The position numbers and the translations under genes are program-made. This document shows, piece after piece, positions 5,984 through 14,238 of a stretch of DNA of 38,073 nt (position 1 is the stretch's first letter; each line of letters begins with the position of its first letter). The notes under the pieces were generated by a model. The model made no database searches and was not told the origin of the DNA. It saw only the letters and a list, made by a program, of their open reading frames with translations. The stretch comes from a virus: IMG/VR virus record IMGVR_UViG_3300037510_000107. One strand, written 5' to 3'.

Positions 5984-6712
5984 TTATTGATTCAGTGTTT
6001 GTAACATTTGAAGCTTCATTGTTACCGCGACCTTCCCGCGCTCGATGATCTTATCGAATGCTTTCGGGTCTGGGTATATTTTAATGTGCGACATTTTGTG
6101 TTTGTCGTCTTTGAATCGGGGGTCGAACGTAACAAAGTTAGCAGCTTTCTTTCCCGTCCAAAGTAAGTTACACATGATCTGCCAATAGTAATCAGCATGA
6201 TTCATTTTCAAGTCGTTCGCGTCGGTGTACATTAAGTACTTAACCTGGTTCGCTGGTTCGTGAGGGCATTTGATCTCTATCAACTCATCGCCAACAATCC
6301 GGTCAGGACTACCCCCGAAATGATCGCCCCAAGGGACGAAGGAAATAGGCTCAGTCTTAACGCCATAAACTTTCTCGTAATGTTCCGCGGCGACCGGTTC
6401 CCAATCTTGGCCCCACGAAGTAGCAAAAGAATATACCTCTGCTCTTGGCTGGCCTGTTAACACCTCAGAAACCTTTTGGTAGATGTATGTTTCACCACCT
6501 TCACTCAATCGGCTATTGTCGTCTGTCGTAGTTGTTTTGCAACCGGGACCACTCTTAGGACGGGCTTTTAATTCTTCCTCTGTCATAAGTCGTTTGCCCG
6601 GCTGAATCAATTTGTAAAACTCGCTCGAAGTGAATCGACCTATGCGAATATCAAACCATCTATCTGACCCCTGCTCACTGGCAGAGGCTAGGGCTTTGTC
6701 AAAATCATCCAT
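5984..6712 (-). CDS. YqaJ-like (lambda Exo-type, PD-(D/E)XK) recombination exonuclease
   Basis: SDRWFDIRIGRFTSSE at the N-terminus and GGSPDRIVGDELIEIKCP as the catalytic core pattern. Confidence 0.75.
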   Translation of the reverse strand: MDDFDKALASASEQGSDRWFDIRIGRFTSSEFYKLIQPGKRLMTEEELKARPKSGPGCKTTTTDDNSRLSEGGETYIYQKVSEVLTGQPRAEVYSFATSWGQDWEPVAAEHYEKVYGVKTEPISFVPWGDHFGGSPDRIVGDELIEIKCPHEPANQVKYLMYTDANDLKMNHADYYWQIMCNLLWTGKKAANFVTFDPRFKDDKHKMSHIKIYPDPKAFDKIIERGKVAVTMKLQMLQTLNQ

Positions 6713-7401
6713 CAGTTTAGTCGTTTGGTTTCCGGTGCCGCACCGCGTAAGATTTCCTTTTGCAAATCCGTCATGATAAAGTTCTGTTCCGCCAAAGTGA
6801 TGACGGAAAGATCTCCCTGCTCCACTCTCTTAACGGCTGCGTCAAAAGCTTCTGAGCTTATCGCTTGAATAGTGGGCTTATACGTGTCGATCTTTTTACG
6901 GTTAATATCCCTACCGAAAACCTTTCCGAGTGACTGGGCAGCGTTCTTGAGGCATTCAGCCTTTAATTTCGGAAACCCCAGGTCCAGCGCGTTCGGTTTC
7001 TTGTTCTCAGGGTTCAGGGCATACAGGTTTCTTTCCTGCTTGGTCATGCCGTCTTTATCCTGCTTGTCCAGAGAATCCACTATGATGACGATTGAGGCCG
7101 CCCCGGTCCGGCGGATTGGCTTGCCGGTAACCGGGTGGATAACTTCAAGGACCATTGAACCCTGAACCTCGTTGGTGATAGCGGACCACTTATAGTCGTA
7201 AGTGTCCCACAGGCCAAAGTAAAGCTCGTCCAGCGTCATTTCAACGTAGCTAATAGGAAGTGTCTTTGCTTTTCCATCTGGTGTAGGGTCCAGCTCTCGG
7301 GGGTCTGGATCTTTGTTTAGCTTCTTTTGGAAGTCCTGCAACCTGATTATAAGTTGCTCTCTTTCGTCGTATGGTATCTGTGTCTGTGCTGAGGGTGTCA
7401 T
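6712..7401 (-). CDS. Candidate single-strand annealing protein (Rad52/Sak-like), partner of the exonuclease
   Basis: It lies immediately upstream of the YqaJ-like gene. KAECLKNAAQSLGKVFGRDI resembles the Rad52-type ...ALKRAA..FG motif. Recalled from memory only. Confidence 0.45.
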   Translation of the reverse strand: MTPSAQTQIPYDEREQLIIRLQDFQKKLNKDPDPRELDPTPDGKAKTLPISYVEMTLDELYFGLWDTYDYKWSAITNEVQGSMVLEVIHPVTGKPIRRTGAASIVIIVDSLDKQDKDGMTKQERNLYALNPENKKPNALDLGFPKLKAECLKNAAQSLGKVFGRDINRKKIDTYKPTIQAISSEAFDAAVKRVEQGDLSVITLAEQNFIMTDLQKEILRGAAPETKRLN

Positions 7402-7853
7402 AGTGAGGGCTTTTCGATTTGACTGAGTGGCTTTGTGTTGAACTTTATACGCTCCAAGTTGATGAGGTCGCCGAATTCATCTTCCTTCTTTCTTTGCTCG
7501 TTTTGGAGTCTACGTATTTCGGCAACAACTGGAATATAGGCGTCATCCCAAACGATCCAACGGTCTTCGTCATAACTTGAAAGTTGTTCCTTTTTGCCGT
7601 TTCTCTCAGTGATATAACGGCCGTCCTTTCGAATACCTACGATATCAATTATCTCAAGATGGCTTTTGTGCATAGCCTTGAATGGCTTGAATTCCTGGTT
7701 ATCTCTCAGGTAATCGTCAATGGCTTTTTTCGCTGCGGAATAAGAACGGTTTTCCTTGCTTGTATCATCGCGCTGAGAAACACTATAAAAACGTTCCTCG
7801 ATTGTATCGAAGTAAATCGTCCAATCTCTGTAATCTTCTATTTCTACTTTCAT
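7398..7853 (-). CDS. Hypothetical protein, 151 aa
   Basis: Complete ORF in operon context. Confidence 0.6.
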   Translation of the reverse strand: MKVEIEDYRDWTIYFDTIEERFYSVSQRDDTSKENRSYSAAKKAIDDYLRDNQEFKPFKAMHKSHLEIIDIVGIRKDGRYITERNGKKEQLSSYDEDRWIVWDDAYIPVVAEIRRLQNEQRKKEDEFGDLINLERIKFNTKPLSQIEKPSL

Positions 7854-8269
7854 AGTGGTTTGAGGGCTTCGGTGGCTATGTCTTTAACTTGTTTAAATGA
7901 TCCGTAAGGCTCGGAGGCATTGAAATCTAATTTGCTGATTTCCTCTAATGCTTCGGTCAGTCGCTTGTTCTCTGCGTTAGCTTTCTCCAAATCCGCCTCA
8001 GCGAACTTTATAGAATTAACCAGATTGTCTTCACTCTTACGCTTGAATTCCTGTATGTCGAAAACTCTTTTGTGCAGATCTTTATTCTCCGCTTCCAGTT
8101 CCGCTACACGTTTAGCAAGATCGGGGGCATTGACTATTATATGCTTATCGTTTGCACTTAGCGGGCGTGGGTGCGAGCAGTCAAGTACGACTGCATCCTC
8201 GTTCTCGGCGACTTTCTTCATCAATGTGTCGCCTACGAAAAACCAAGTTCCTTTAGTTTCTGTGTTCAT
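7850..8269 (-). CDS. Hypothetical coiled-coil protein, 139 aa
   Basis: Complete ORF with a heptad-like Glu/Lys/Leu-rich C-terminal half. Confidence 0.55.
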   Translation of the reverse strand: MNTETKGTWFFVGDTLMKKVAENEDAVVLDCSHPRPLSANDKHIIVNAPDLAKRVAELEAENKDLHKRVFDIQEFKRKSEDNLVNSIKFAEADLEKANAENKRLTEALEEISKLDFNASEPYGSFKQVKDIATEALKPL

Positions 8270-8490
8270 AATTTAGGGTATTGTGGTAGTGTAAAATCTG
8301 ATTCGTTCAACGACATGCCGGTCACTTTGCGGATGTTCATTCTCTGTTCCATCCTGTTGTCAAGTTCCCATAAGTCGATGGTCTTGTTTCCTTTGCTCAT
8401 TTCCTCTAAGAGGATGGCGCGTAGATCCAGGCAAGCGACTGTGTAACCAACTTCCTCGGCGGTCTGCATGTCTTCTCGGGTGGCGCTCAT
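8266..8490 (-). CDS. Hypothetical protein, 74 aa
   Basis: Complete ORF, overlap-coupled. Confidence 0.5.
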   Translation of the reverse strand: MSATREDMQTAEEVGYTVACLDLRAILLEEMSKGNKTIDLWELDNRMEQRMNIRKVTGMSLNESDFTLPQYPKL

Positions 8491-8681
8491 TTTTCCATTA
8501 GATAAGTTGCGTAAATATCATTTCCTTTCCTTTCAATCCGTGTCACTATTTTGTATCCACGTCGCTTTAATTTCCACACGGAATCCGCGAGACGATAGAG
8601 TCCCCACTTAATCCATGCCTGCTTCGGCGTGATATTCTTACCAGATTGTAAGTGCGCTAATAGCTTAGAGGTGCGGCTCAT
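8487..8681 (-). CDS. Small winged-helix/HTH protein (HTH_39-like)
   Basis: LLAHLQSGKNITPKQAWIKWGLYRLADSVWKLKRRGYKI matches the pattern I recall for PF14090-type proteins. Confidence 0.55.
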   Translation of the reverse strand: MSRTSKLLAHLQSGKNITPKQAWIKWGLYRLADSVWKLKRRGYKIVTRIERKGNDIYATYLMEK

Positions 8682-9025
8682 AAAAGTTCAGGATTTTCGT
8701 AGATGTTTCCGATCACTTCTAATGAACCCCATGCTTTGTCAGTCAAATGTATTATCGATTTTCTTTGAATGCCATATCCATTTACTTCCCAAACTATTTT
8801 AGAAGGAATATCTATACCATTTCCTAAGACGATATCCCCCTCGTAAATCTCTTTGCGGTTCTTGTCTTTGATGCCGGTATATTGTTGGTGCCCTCCTGAC
8901 CTTGAGCCGCTCCAATACGATGGAGAAGCGAATCCACCTTCGTGAGGACCCCAATAGCTAAACCCTTGGAATGAACCATCATTAATTCTAAAGTGAGCTT
9001 GACGAAATTTTATCTCTCTGTTCAT
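8678..9025 (-). CDS. YopX-family protein (start at MNREIKFR)
   Basis: MNREIKFR...QYTGIKDKNRKEIYEGDIV...LEVIGNIYENPELL is the canonical YopX signature. ATG 9025 overlaps the upstream stop as ATGA. Confidence 0.85.
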   Translation of the reverse strand: MNREIKFRQAHFRINDGSFQGFSYWGPHEGGFASPSYWSGSRSGGHQQYTGIKDKNRKEIYEGDIVLGNGIDIPSKIVWEVNGYGIQRKSIIHLTDKAWGSLEVIGNIYENPELL

Positions 9026-9243
9026 GCTGTTTGTGTTTTTACTTCGTAAGTGAAAGACTCGTAACCACATCGATCAACGTAGAACTGTTCCGCCTGCTCT
9101 GCGTAGTCCTTTATCGCCACATTTGGAGTATCGCCTACTCCCATCGGATGACCTGGTTCGTAGTTTTCATCGGTAACCATAAATCCCGCCCAGTCGTGGC
9201 GCTCTACGGTTACTGTGAGGTGTAAGGGGCCTTTGTTTTTCAT
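9022..9243 (-). CDS. Hypothetical protein, 73 aa
   Basis: Complete ORF, overlap-coupled. Confidence 0.5.
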   Translation of the reverse strand: MKNKGPLHLTVTVERHDWAGFMVTDENYEPGHPMGVGDTPNVAIKDYAEQAEQFYVDRCGYESFTYEVKTQTA

Positions 9244-9557
9244 GCTTCTTTGATTACTAATTTAACTACGTCTCTGTTAAATGTCTCTGCCCATTTTTCC
9301 CTAAAGTGTTTCACCGCCTCTTCTTTGCTATTACCGTAGGCATCGATCACTTTGCGATTAGATCCAAGACCATCAACAAAATATATCCACATTATATTTG
9401 AAAAAGGAAGCCATGTTGCCGTTACTTCTACCGGCTCCGCGCAGTACTCACATACCGGCATCGTTACCTCCCTTCCCCAATAGTCCGTTACCTGAACTAA
9501 TTGGGTAGTGCCTTCTTCTACTAGGCAATCACAGTTGTTACAACGCTCGGTGTTCAT
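9240..9557 (-). CDS. Zinc-ribbon-containing hypothetical protein (start at MNTERC)
   Basis: CNNCDC...CEYC. ATG 9557 forms an ATGA overlap with the upstream stop. Confidence 0.5.
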   Translation of the reverse strand: MNTERCNNCDCLVEEGTTQLVQVTDYWGREVTMPVCEYCAEPVEVTATWLPFSNIMWIYFVDGLGSNRKVIDAYGNSKEEAVKHFREKWAETFNRDVVKLVIKEA

Positions 9558-10192
9558 GGCTTCGGTTCGGTTTTGGCGAGGGCTTCTAAAATTCTTTTTG
9601 CGCACCACGCGGTGTTTGGAACTCCTGGAGTTATTGATTCAAGGACTTCTATTAGTGTGTCGCGCAGGAGGTCTACCTGGGATTGAAGGTCTCTGGACTT
9701 TGATTCCCATTCAGCGGAACCTTCTTCAATTCCTTGAATTATCAATTCCTGTTCTGTGATCTTGTTTGCCCAGTCTTCTACCTTTGGATGCAGGCCCGTC
9801 ATGCGAAACATTTCTTTCAATTTTGCTTCTCGAAGTTCGTCCCCTGCTTTCAGTTCTTCTACTTGGGATTGAAGCCGCGCTATTTCAATTCTATTAGCCT
9901 GAGCAACGATTACGTCACGCTCTTCCTTTAAGGAGGCGTTCTCTCTTTTCAAAGCTATGATGATCTCGTTGCCTTCTTCGTGAACCATCTGTAAGGCGAA
10001 AAGGCTGGATCTTAAATTATCCGATTCTATTTTCTTAGCCTCGTATCCCGCTGTTGACCCTTCTAAAGCCTTTTGAAGGCTGGCGTTATCGGATTCGAGT
10101 TGCTGGATACGCGAGTCTTCTGGTAAGGCTACAGGAACAATTGTGAAACACATTGGGCAAGTGACAAACAAATCTGGCTTCTTATCTTCCAT
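9554..10192 (-). CDS. Coiled-coil protein with N-terminal CxxC (start at MEDKKPD)
   Basis: Long heptad-like Leu/Glu/Lys/Gln segment. ATG 10192 limits the overlap to 11 nt. Confidence 0.55.
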   Translation of the reverse strand: MEDKKPDLFVTCPMCFTIVPVALPEDSRIQQLESDNASLQKALEGSTAGYEAKKIESDNLRSSLFALQMVHEEGNEIIIALKRENASLKEERDVIVAQANRIEIARLQSQVEELKAGDELREAKLKEMFRMTGLHPKVEDWANKITEQELIIQGIEEGSAEWESKSRDLQSQVDLLRDTLIEVLESITPGVPNTAWCAKRILEALAKTEPKP

Positions 10193-10481
10193 TTTGCGTC
10201 CTTGTTTTAGTGAGAAATGATTTGATTCTGGCACCGAGATTTGAATTAAAATCGGCTGTTGACGCCTCTGTCAACAAGTCAATAGCTTCGGCTAATAACC
10301 CGTCTGATTGACCGGCCATGCGCGCCCATCCACTGGATATATTTTTTTGCTTTTCAATATCCGCCTTGAGTGATTCAATAGAATTAACGCGTGTTTCCAG
10401 CCGCTCCAACCATCTGAATGTATGGATATCATTCAGTTTTACCTTGCTCTTTTCCAAATCAATTTGCTCCTGTGTATTCAT
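10182..10481 (-). CDS. Hypothetical protein, 99 aa
   Basis: Complete ORF preceded by a 119-nt structured leader. Confidence 0.55.
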   Translation of the reverse strand: MNTQEQIDLEKSKVKLNDIHTFRWLERLETRVNSIESLKADIEKQKNISSGWARMAGQSDGLLAEAIDLLTEASTADFNSNLGARIKSFLTKTRTQNGR

Positions 10482-10510
10482 GAAGTTTATGTTTTTAGTT
10501 TGTTATTCTC

Positions 10511-10527
10511 CATCGCTGATGAGTTTA
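10511..10527 (-). repeat. Leader motif copy 1: catcgctgatgagttta
   Basis: 16 of 17 nt identical to 10987..11003. Both copies follow a tttttagtt element and precede a small gene. Confidence 0.85.
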
Positions 10528-10600
10528 AAATTTTCGTTTTGCCCCTACACCCTCACACTCGGAAGGGCTCTGTTTCCGAGGCGAGGGGTAAGCGGAACTG

Positions 10601-10942
10601 TCAAGAAACCACTTTTGTTGCTTTTGATATTGCGGCGTCCACCTTAGTTAAGACCCCATCAATACCATAACCTCTTTCAGGATTATCAATTTCAAGCAGA
10701 CGGTATGAAGCCAATATCTCTTCTTTGGCTGCCAACAATGCTACCAATAATTCAGGCGCACTTGCCATCAATCGCATCTTTGCAATAATATCAGCCTCTT
10801 CATTTTTATAGTCCTGATCATTGTCAGGAAGAATGCTATTGCATATCATTTGCCCATAGAATCCGACTGTTTGAACTCCAATGCAGACATTTCCAGCAAA
10901 TGAAGGCTCCCAATGCTCATTATGAATTTTGCTCATTTTCAT
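10601..10942 (-). CDS. Hypothetical protein, 113 aa
   Basis: Complete ORF bracketed by the two leader-motif copies and by CCCC/GGGG hairpins. Confidence 0.55.
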   Translation of the reverse strand: MKMSKIHNEHWEPSFAGNVCIGVQTVGFYGQMICNSILPDNDQDYKNEEADIIAKMRLMASAPELLVALLAAKEEILASYRLLEIDNPERGYGIDGVLTKVDAAISKATKVVS

Positions 10943-10986
10943 GGTGACAGTTTTTTTAGTTCCCCCGAATCCGCGAGGGGCGGCGT

Positions 10987-11003
10987 CATCGCTGACGAGT
11001 TTA
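10987..11003 (-). repeat. Leader motif copy 2: catcgctgacgagttta
   Basis: On the minus strand it contains CGTCA-GCGA-TGACG, a 5-bp stem with a GNRA-type loop. It overlaps the stop of the 11001..11267 gene. Confidence 0.85.
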
Positions 11004-11267
11004 TTTGATTTCTGAAATTGCCTCTACTATTCTTAGGTTCTTATAGCCTTTCTTGAAATGGTTGATACCTTTCATTGCGTTTTCATAAGAATCGCACCAG
11101 CGCAAAACCTCTACTTTATCGTACGCCTCGCGAGCACCCATATTTTGGAAACCAGCCGAAACCATCCAGTCATAATCACCCGATCCTATAACTGCATGCG
11201 TTAACTGCCTTTTAGAGGCTATTTTTTTGCCTGGTATTTCTTTTACTGAGTAGATGAGCGTTTTCAT
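11001..11267 (-). CDS. Hypothetical protein, 88 aa; first gene of the leftward early operon
   Basis: Complete ORF next to the divergent intergenic region. Confidence 0.55.
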   Translation of the reverse strand: MKTLIYSVKEIPGKKIASKRQLTHAVIGSGDYDWMVSAGFQNMGAREAYDKVEVLRWCDSYENAMKGINHFKKGYKNLRIVEAISEIK

Positions 11268-11279
11268 AGTTTCTTCGTG

Positions 11280-11293
11280 TTTGATGAATCAAA
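11280..11293. promoter_or_regulatory. Palindrome TTTGAT-GA-ATCAAA in the divergent control region (candidate operator)
   Basis: Perfect 6-bp arms, 13 nt from ATG 11267, in the 100-nt gap between the opposing operons. Confidence 0.3.
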
Positions 11294-11367
11294 GTACGCA
11301 CTAATTAAATTCACACGCAAATAAATCATCACTTTTATTTCACATTTTTTCCTACTAATATTGTGAC

Positions 11368-11544
11368 ATGGGAAAGAGAAAAAAAGCAGGACGGCCTAAA
11401 ATGGCCCCAGAACAGCGAAAAGTTAGATTTTCGGTGACTTTGCACCCTGAATTGATAGAAAGCATTGACGGGGAAAAGACGCTGCAAAAAGGCAGAAACA
11501 GATTAATTGAAGAAACTTTAGAAGAAAAATTCTTAAAAAAATGA
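11368..11544 (+). CDS. Ribbon-helix-helix (CopG/Arc-like) regulator, 58 aa (not in ORF track)
   Basis: My translation is MGKRKKAGRPKMAPEQRKVRFSVTLHPELIESIDGEKTLQKGRNRLIEETLEEKFLKK. The TGA overlaps the next ATG (ATGA at 11541..11544). Confidence 0.6.
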   Translation: MGKRKKAGRPKMAPEQRKVRFSVTLHPELIESIDGEKTLQKGRNRLIEETLEEKFLKK

Positions 11545-11723
11545 AACTGCGCTCCCTCAAGATCCGCTTAGGCCGTCGTCTATGGAAGGAAATACACAAG
11601 CTTATCCGAAAGTTAAACCTATCCTTTCACGGGGCGTGGCTATTAGCTACCGTCATGGTTGGCTTTGAAATAGGAATCGCTCTGGTTGGTCTTTTTGTTC
11701 AACTTATACCAATATTGAAATGA
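11541..11723 (+). CDS. Small membrane protein: basic amphipathic N-terminus plus one TM segment
   Basis: MKLRSLKIRLGRRLWKEIHKLIRK, then AWLLATVMVGFEIGIALVGLFVQLIPIL. Confidence 0.5.
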   Translation: MKLRSLKIRLGRRLWKEIHKLIRKLNLSFHGAWLLATVMVGFEIGIALVGLFVQLIPILK

Positions 11724-11980
11724 AAATTCTGACCATACATATCACTTTAATCGTCGCTAGGTTATTACTAGCTGCATTAAACGTAGCTCATTACATGGCT
11801 ATTAATGATCTTACTGATCCGTTCGTTCATGATAGTTATATCATATGCGGACTTCATGCCGTTTGGAATTCTTTGGTGGCATGCTCAGCACTTATTGTAA
11901 CAACAATGATTATGCTTAGTATATCTCTACATATTGAATCAGAGAGGCAAAAATTCATAAAGATGTTAAATATATGGTAA
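11720..11980 (+). CDS. Small integral membrane protein (about 3 TM segments)
   Basis: Hydrophobic stretches ILTIHITLIVARLLLAAL, YIICGLHAVWNSLVA and ALIVTTMIMLSISL. ATGA overlap with the upstream gene. Confidence 0.5.
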   Translation: MKILTIHITLIVARLLLAALNVAHYMAINDLTDPFVHDSYIICGLHAVWNSLVACSALIVTTMIMLSISLHIESERQKFIKMLNIW

Positions 11981-12026
11981 TTACTACGTTATATTTCTGG
12001 ATGTTATACTATATGCCGGTGAGACC

Positions 12027-12818
12027 ATGAAGATAAATCAGGAAAAGTTTCCTGCTCTATTTGACAGAGATATGGTCTTGAACCTTTATCGATTGAAGGC
12101 TGACCCTAAAATTCTCGTCTTGTTTGAAAGCATTATCGACGTTGCAAAAACAAATCTAACCTACATCGCAAGACCGATAATGACTCCTATGTTGGAGTCA
12201 TACGATAAGCTTTTACCACATCGAAGAGAACTACAAGAATCTTGTCGCGGGTTGATGTTCGTTTCAAAACTGGGCCACCCTCACCTTTTGATGTATTCAA
12301 TGCTTATCGACCAGGAAAAGGATAAACTAAACATTATGTGCCAAGTGTCCTGTGGTGATGGCAAGCGTCATTGGGGAAGCTTATTTGCAGTTAATTTGGA
12401 TAGAGAGAAAAACGACAGTCCTGCTTTTAGGTCTTATAATTCTGTTCCCCCTATTAGTAGCATAGAGGTACACGATAATATCGTTTCAGAGTCGTTACGG
12501 GCTATCCTGGCCGCAGAACTTTTCATCAACTTCGCAGAGGTCGAAACTAAAACAATGACGCCCAACACTCAGATCTGGGATGAACGAGGTGTTTCAGCGA
12601 TCTATAACAACAAGACGCCAAACAGTATTACAGTCATTGATTCAACTTGGTACACTAACCTCGTCTCTTCTGGGGCATTCAAAGTTCGAGGACACTTCCG
12701 ATTGCAGCCGTATGGGCCTAATAGGTCTATGAAACGTCTTCAATGGATAAGCGATTTCGAAAAATCTGGATATACACGTAAAGCAAAAATTGAAAATGAA
12801 GCCAATAAAATTTCCTGA
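12027..12818 (+). CDS. Hypothetical protein, 263 aa; no family recognised
   Basis: Complete ORF. The C-terminus FKVRGHFRLQPYGPNRSMKRLQWISDFEKSGY looks conserved, but I cannot place it. Confidence 0.6.
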   Translation: MKINQEKFPALFDRDMVLNLYRLKADPKILVLFESIIDVAKTNLTYIARPIMTPMLESYDKLLPHRRELQESCRGLMFVSKLGHPHLLMYSMLIDQEKDKLNIMCQVSCGDGKRHWGSLFAVNLDREKNDSPAFRSYNSVPPISSIEVHDNIVSESLRAILAAELFINFAEVETKTMTPNTQIWDERGVSAIYNNKTPNSITVIDSTWYTNLVSSGAFKVRGHFRLQPYGPNRSMKRLQWISDFEKSGYTRKAKIENEANKIS

Positions 12819-13065
12819 ACAGAACGTTACGTTCGCTGAGAATCAACCAGAGTATTTACCACTCCCTGCGCATCGTGTTGAAAATGATCCTAAAGGACAG
12901 GTCATTTTCTGTATGCAGTTGACTTTCAAAGAGCGTATTAAATTGCTGATGACCGGAAAGGTTTGGGTTTCATTGTTAACGTTCAATCAACCCTTAACAC
13001 CTAGTTTCATTAGTGTTAACAAGTACGACATTTTTATAAAGCTAGCCCCACAGGCGGACCAATAA
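12796..13065 (+). CDS. Small conserved-looking hypothetical protein (start ATG 12796; the track uses TTG 12790)
   Basis: MKPIKFPEQNVTFAENQPEYLPLPAH...LTFKERIKLLMTGKVWVSLLTFNQPLTP resembles a widespread small phage protein family that I cannot name. Confidence 0.5.
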   Translation: MKPIKFPEQNVTFAENQPEYLPLPAHRVENDPKGQVIFCMQLTFKERIKLLMTGKVWVSLLTFNQPLTPSFISVNKYDIFIKLAPQADQ

Positions 13066-13098
13066 CCAGATAAGAAATACATTTAAACCCTATAAAAA

Positions 13099-13800
13099 AT
13101 GAACTTAGAAACAGAACTTTTGAAAGAGAACCGCAAAGTAGTTACAGCACACGAACTACTTCAAATCCAGCAATTTGAAACATTTGGATCACTAAAAGAG
13201 GATCCGATTATTAAGAAACTCGGCATGGATTCGCAGATCAAACAGGACGAAAAGAAAAAGGCAGAGATTGCGCGTCTTCGCGCTGAGACTCAAAAGTTTC
13301 ATCAGGAGCGAGTATTCCACGTTTCGCAGGTCAAATCGATTTGCGAGAAATATAAGCTTCGTTTCCTTCCTTCTGAATTCTATTGCGGCGAACTTGATAA
13401 AGAGTTACCATTGAAAGTATCTGCTTTCGAATTGAATCACGGCGTAACATTGAATGGAAAGGAAGAGAATATTTGGGATTCCAATTTTTGGGACATAAGC
13501 AGAATTTCATCGATATGGAGGGCTATGTATGGTCTTACGGCGGAAAAAGAAGAGCCTAAAGTTGAAGTTAAAGACAAAAAAACGCCAACGAACGCCTATA
13601 TAATGGCACCAAAGGAAAGTTTCAGACTTCAAGCTAAGCCGGAAGACCCTCTTCTTTTCTACAAGATCAATGAGGAATACTTCTACCTCATCCACAAGTG
13701 GGGAAATGATCTGAGTTGGACGCGCAGGATTAAGGTAATATTCTGGAATCTCTTCACAATGCGTAAGCACGAAGAATGGGATTCGAAGTACATCAATTAA
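13099..13800 (+). CDS. Hypothetical protein, 233 aa
   Basis: Complete ORF with a charged coiled-coil-like N-terminal third. Last gene of the plus-strand island. Confidence 0.6.
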   Translation: MNLETELLKENRKVVTAHELLQIQQFETFGSLKEDPIIKKLGMDSQIKQDEKKKAEIARLRAETQKFHQERVFHVSQVKSICEKYKLRFLPSEFYCGELDKELPLKVSAFELNHGVTLNGKEENIWDSNFWDISRISSIWRAMYGLTAEKEEPKVEVKDKKTPTNAYIMAPKESFRLQAKPEDPLLFYKINEEYFYLIHKWGNDLSWTRRIKVIFWNLFTMRKHEEWDSKYIN

Positions 13801-13805
13801 TGGAG

Positions 13806-13836
13806 AGCCTCGTAGAAATACGGGGCTTTTTTATTT
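13806..13836 (+). terminator. Rho-independent terminator at the convergent junction
   Basis: AGCCTCGTA-GAAA-TACGGGGCT is a 9-bp stem with one G-U pair and a GNRA loop, followed by TTTTTTATTT. It starts 6 nt after the plus-strand stop. Its T tract (not the stem) overlaps the stop codon (13831..13833) of the converging minus-strand gene. Confidence 0.8.
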
Positions 13837-14238
13837 CCCGAATAGCTTCACAATAAAACCGCCAGCGAGCAAAGCCGCCACAATAGCAGCTATGACCTTC
13901 CAGAGCGGCCAGCCGGTCGATACCTTGACCTCCACCGGAACATCTATTTTCTTCTCGATATATAGGGTATCGCTTTCGCACTCTGCTTCGAGCCTTACGG
14001 TGTCCCCTGGGAGCTTGATGTATCGAATTGTGGCCTTCCCTTCCCTCTTTATGATCGTGTCTCCTACGTGAACTATTCGCGTATTGAAGACGGTATCGAC
14101 GTCGATGGTCTTTGTTATTACCGTGTCGCGTACTGTGATGCTGTCGTGAATGACCGTTGCGCCGTTAAGGCACTTTTTGCAGTACCATGATTGTGAGCAG
14201 CTTATTAAAAGAAATGCGATGGGAATTAGGTACTTCAT
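13831..14238 (-). CDS. Unimolecular spanin candidate: N-terminal lipoprotein signal plus C-terminal TM segment
   Basis: MKYLIPIAFLLISC carries the lipobox L-I-S-C. The C-terminal TM is WPLWKVIAAIVAALLAGGFIV. It lies immediately downstream of the endolysin, overlap-coupled. Confidence 0.6.
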   Translation of the reverse strand: MKYLIPIAFLLISCSQSWYCKKCLNGATVIHDSITVRDTVITKTIDVDTVFNTRIVHVGDTIIKREGKATIRYIKLPGDTVRLEAECESDTLYIEKKIDVPVEVKVSTGWPLWKVIAAIVAALLAGGFIVKLFGK

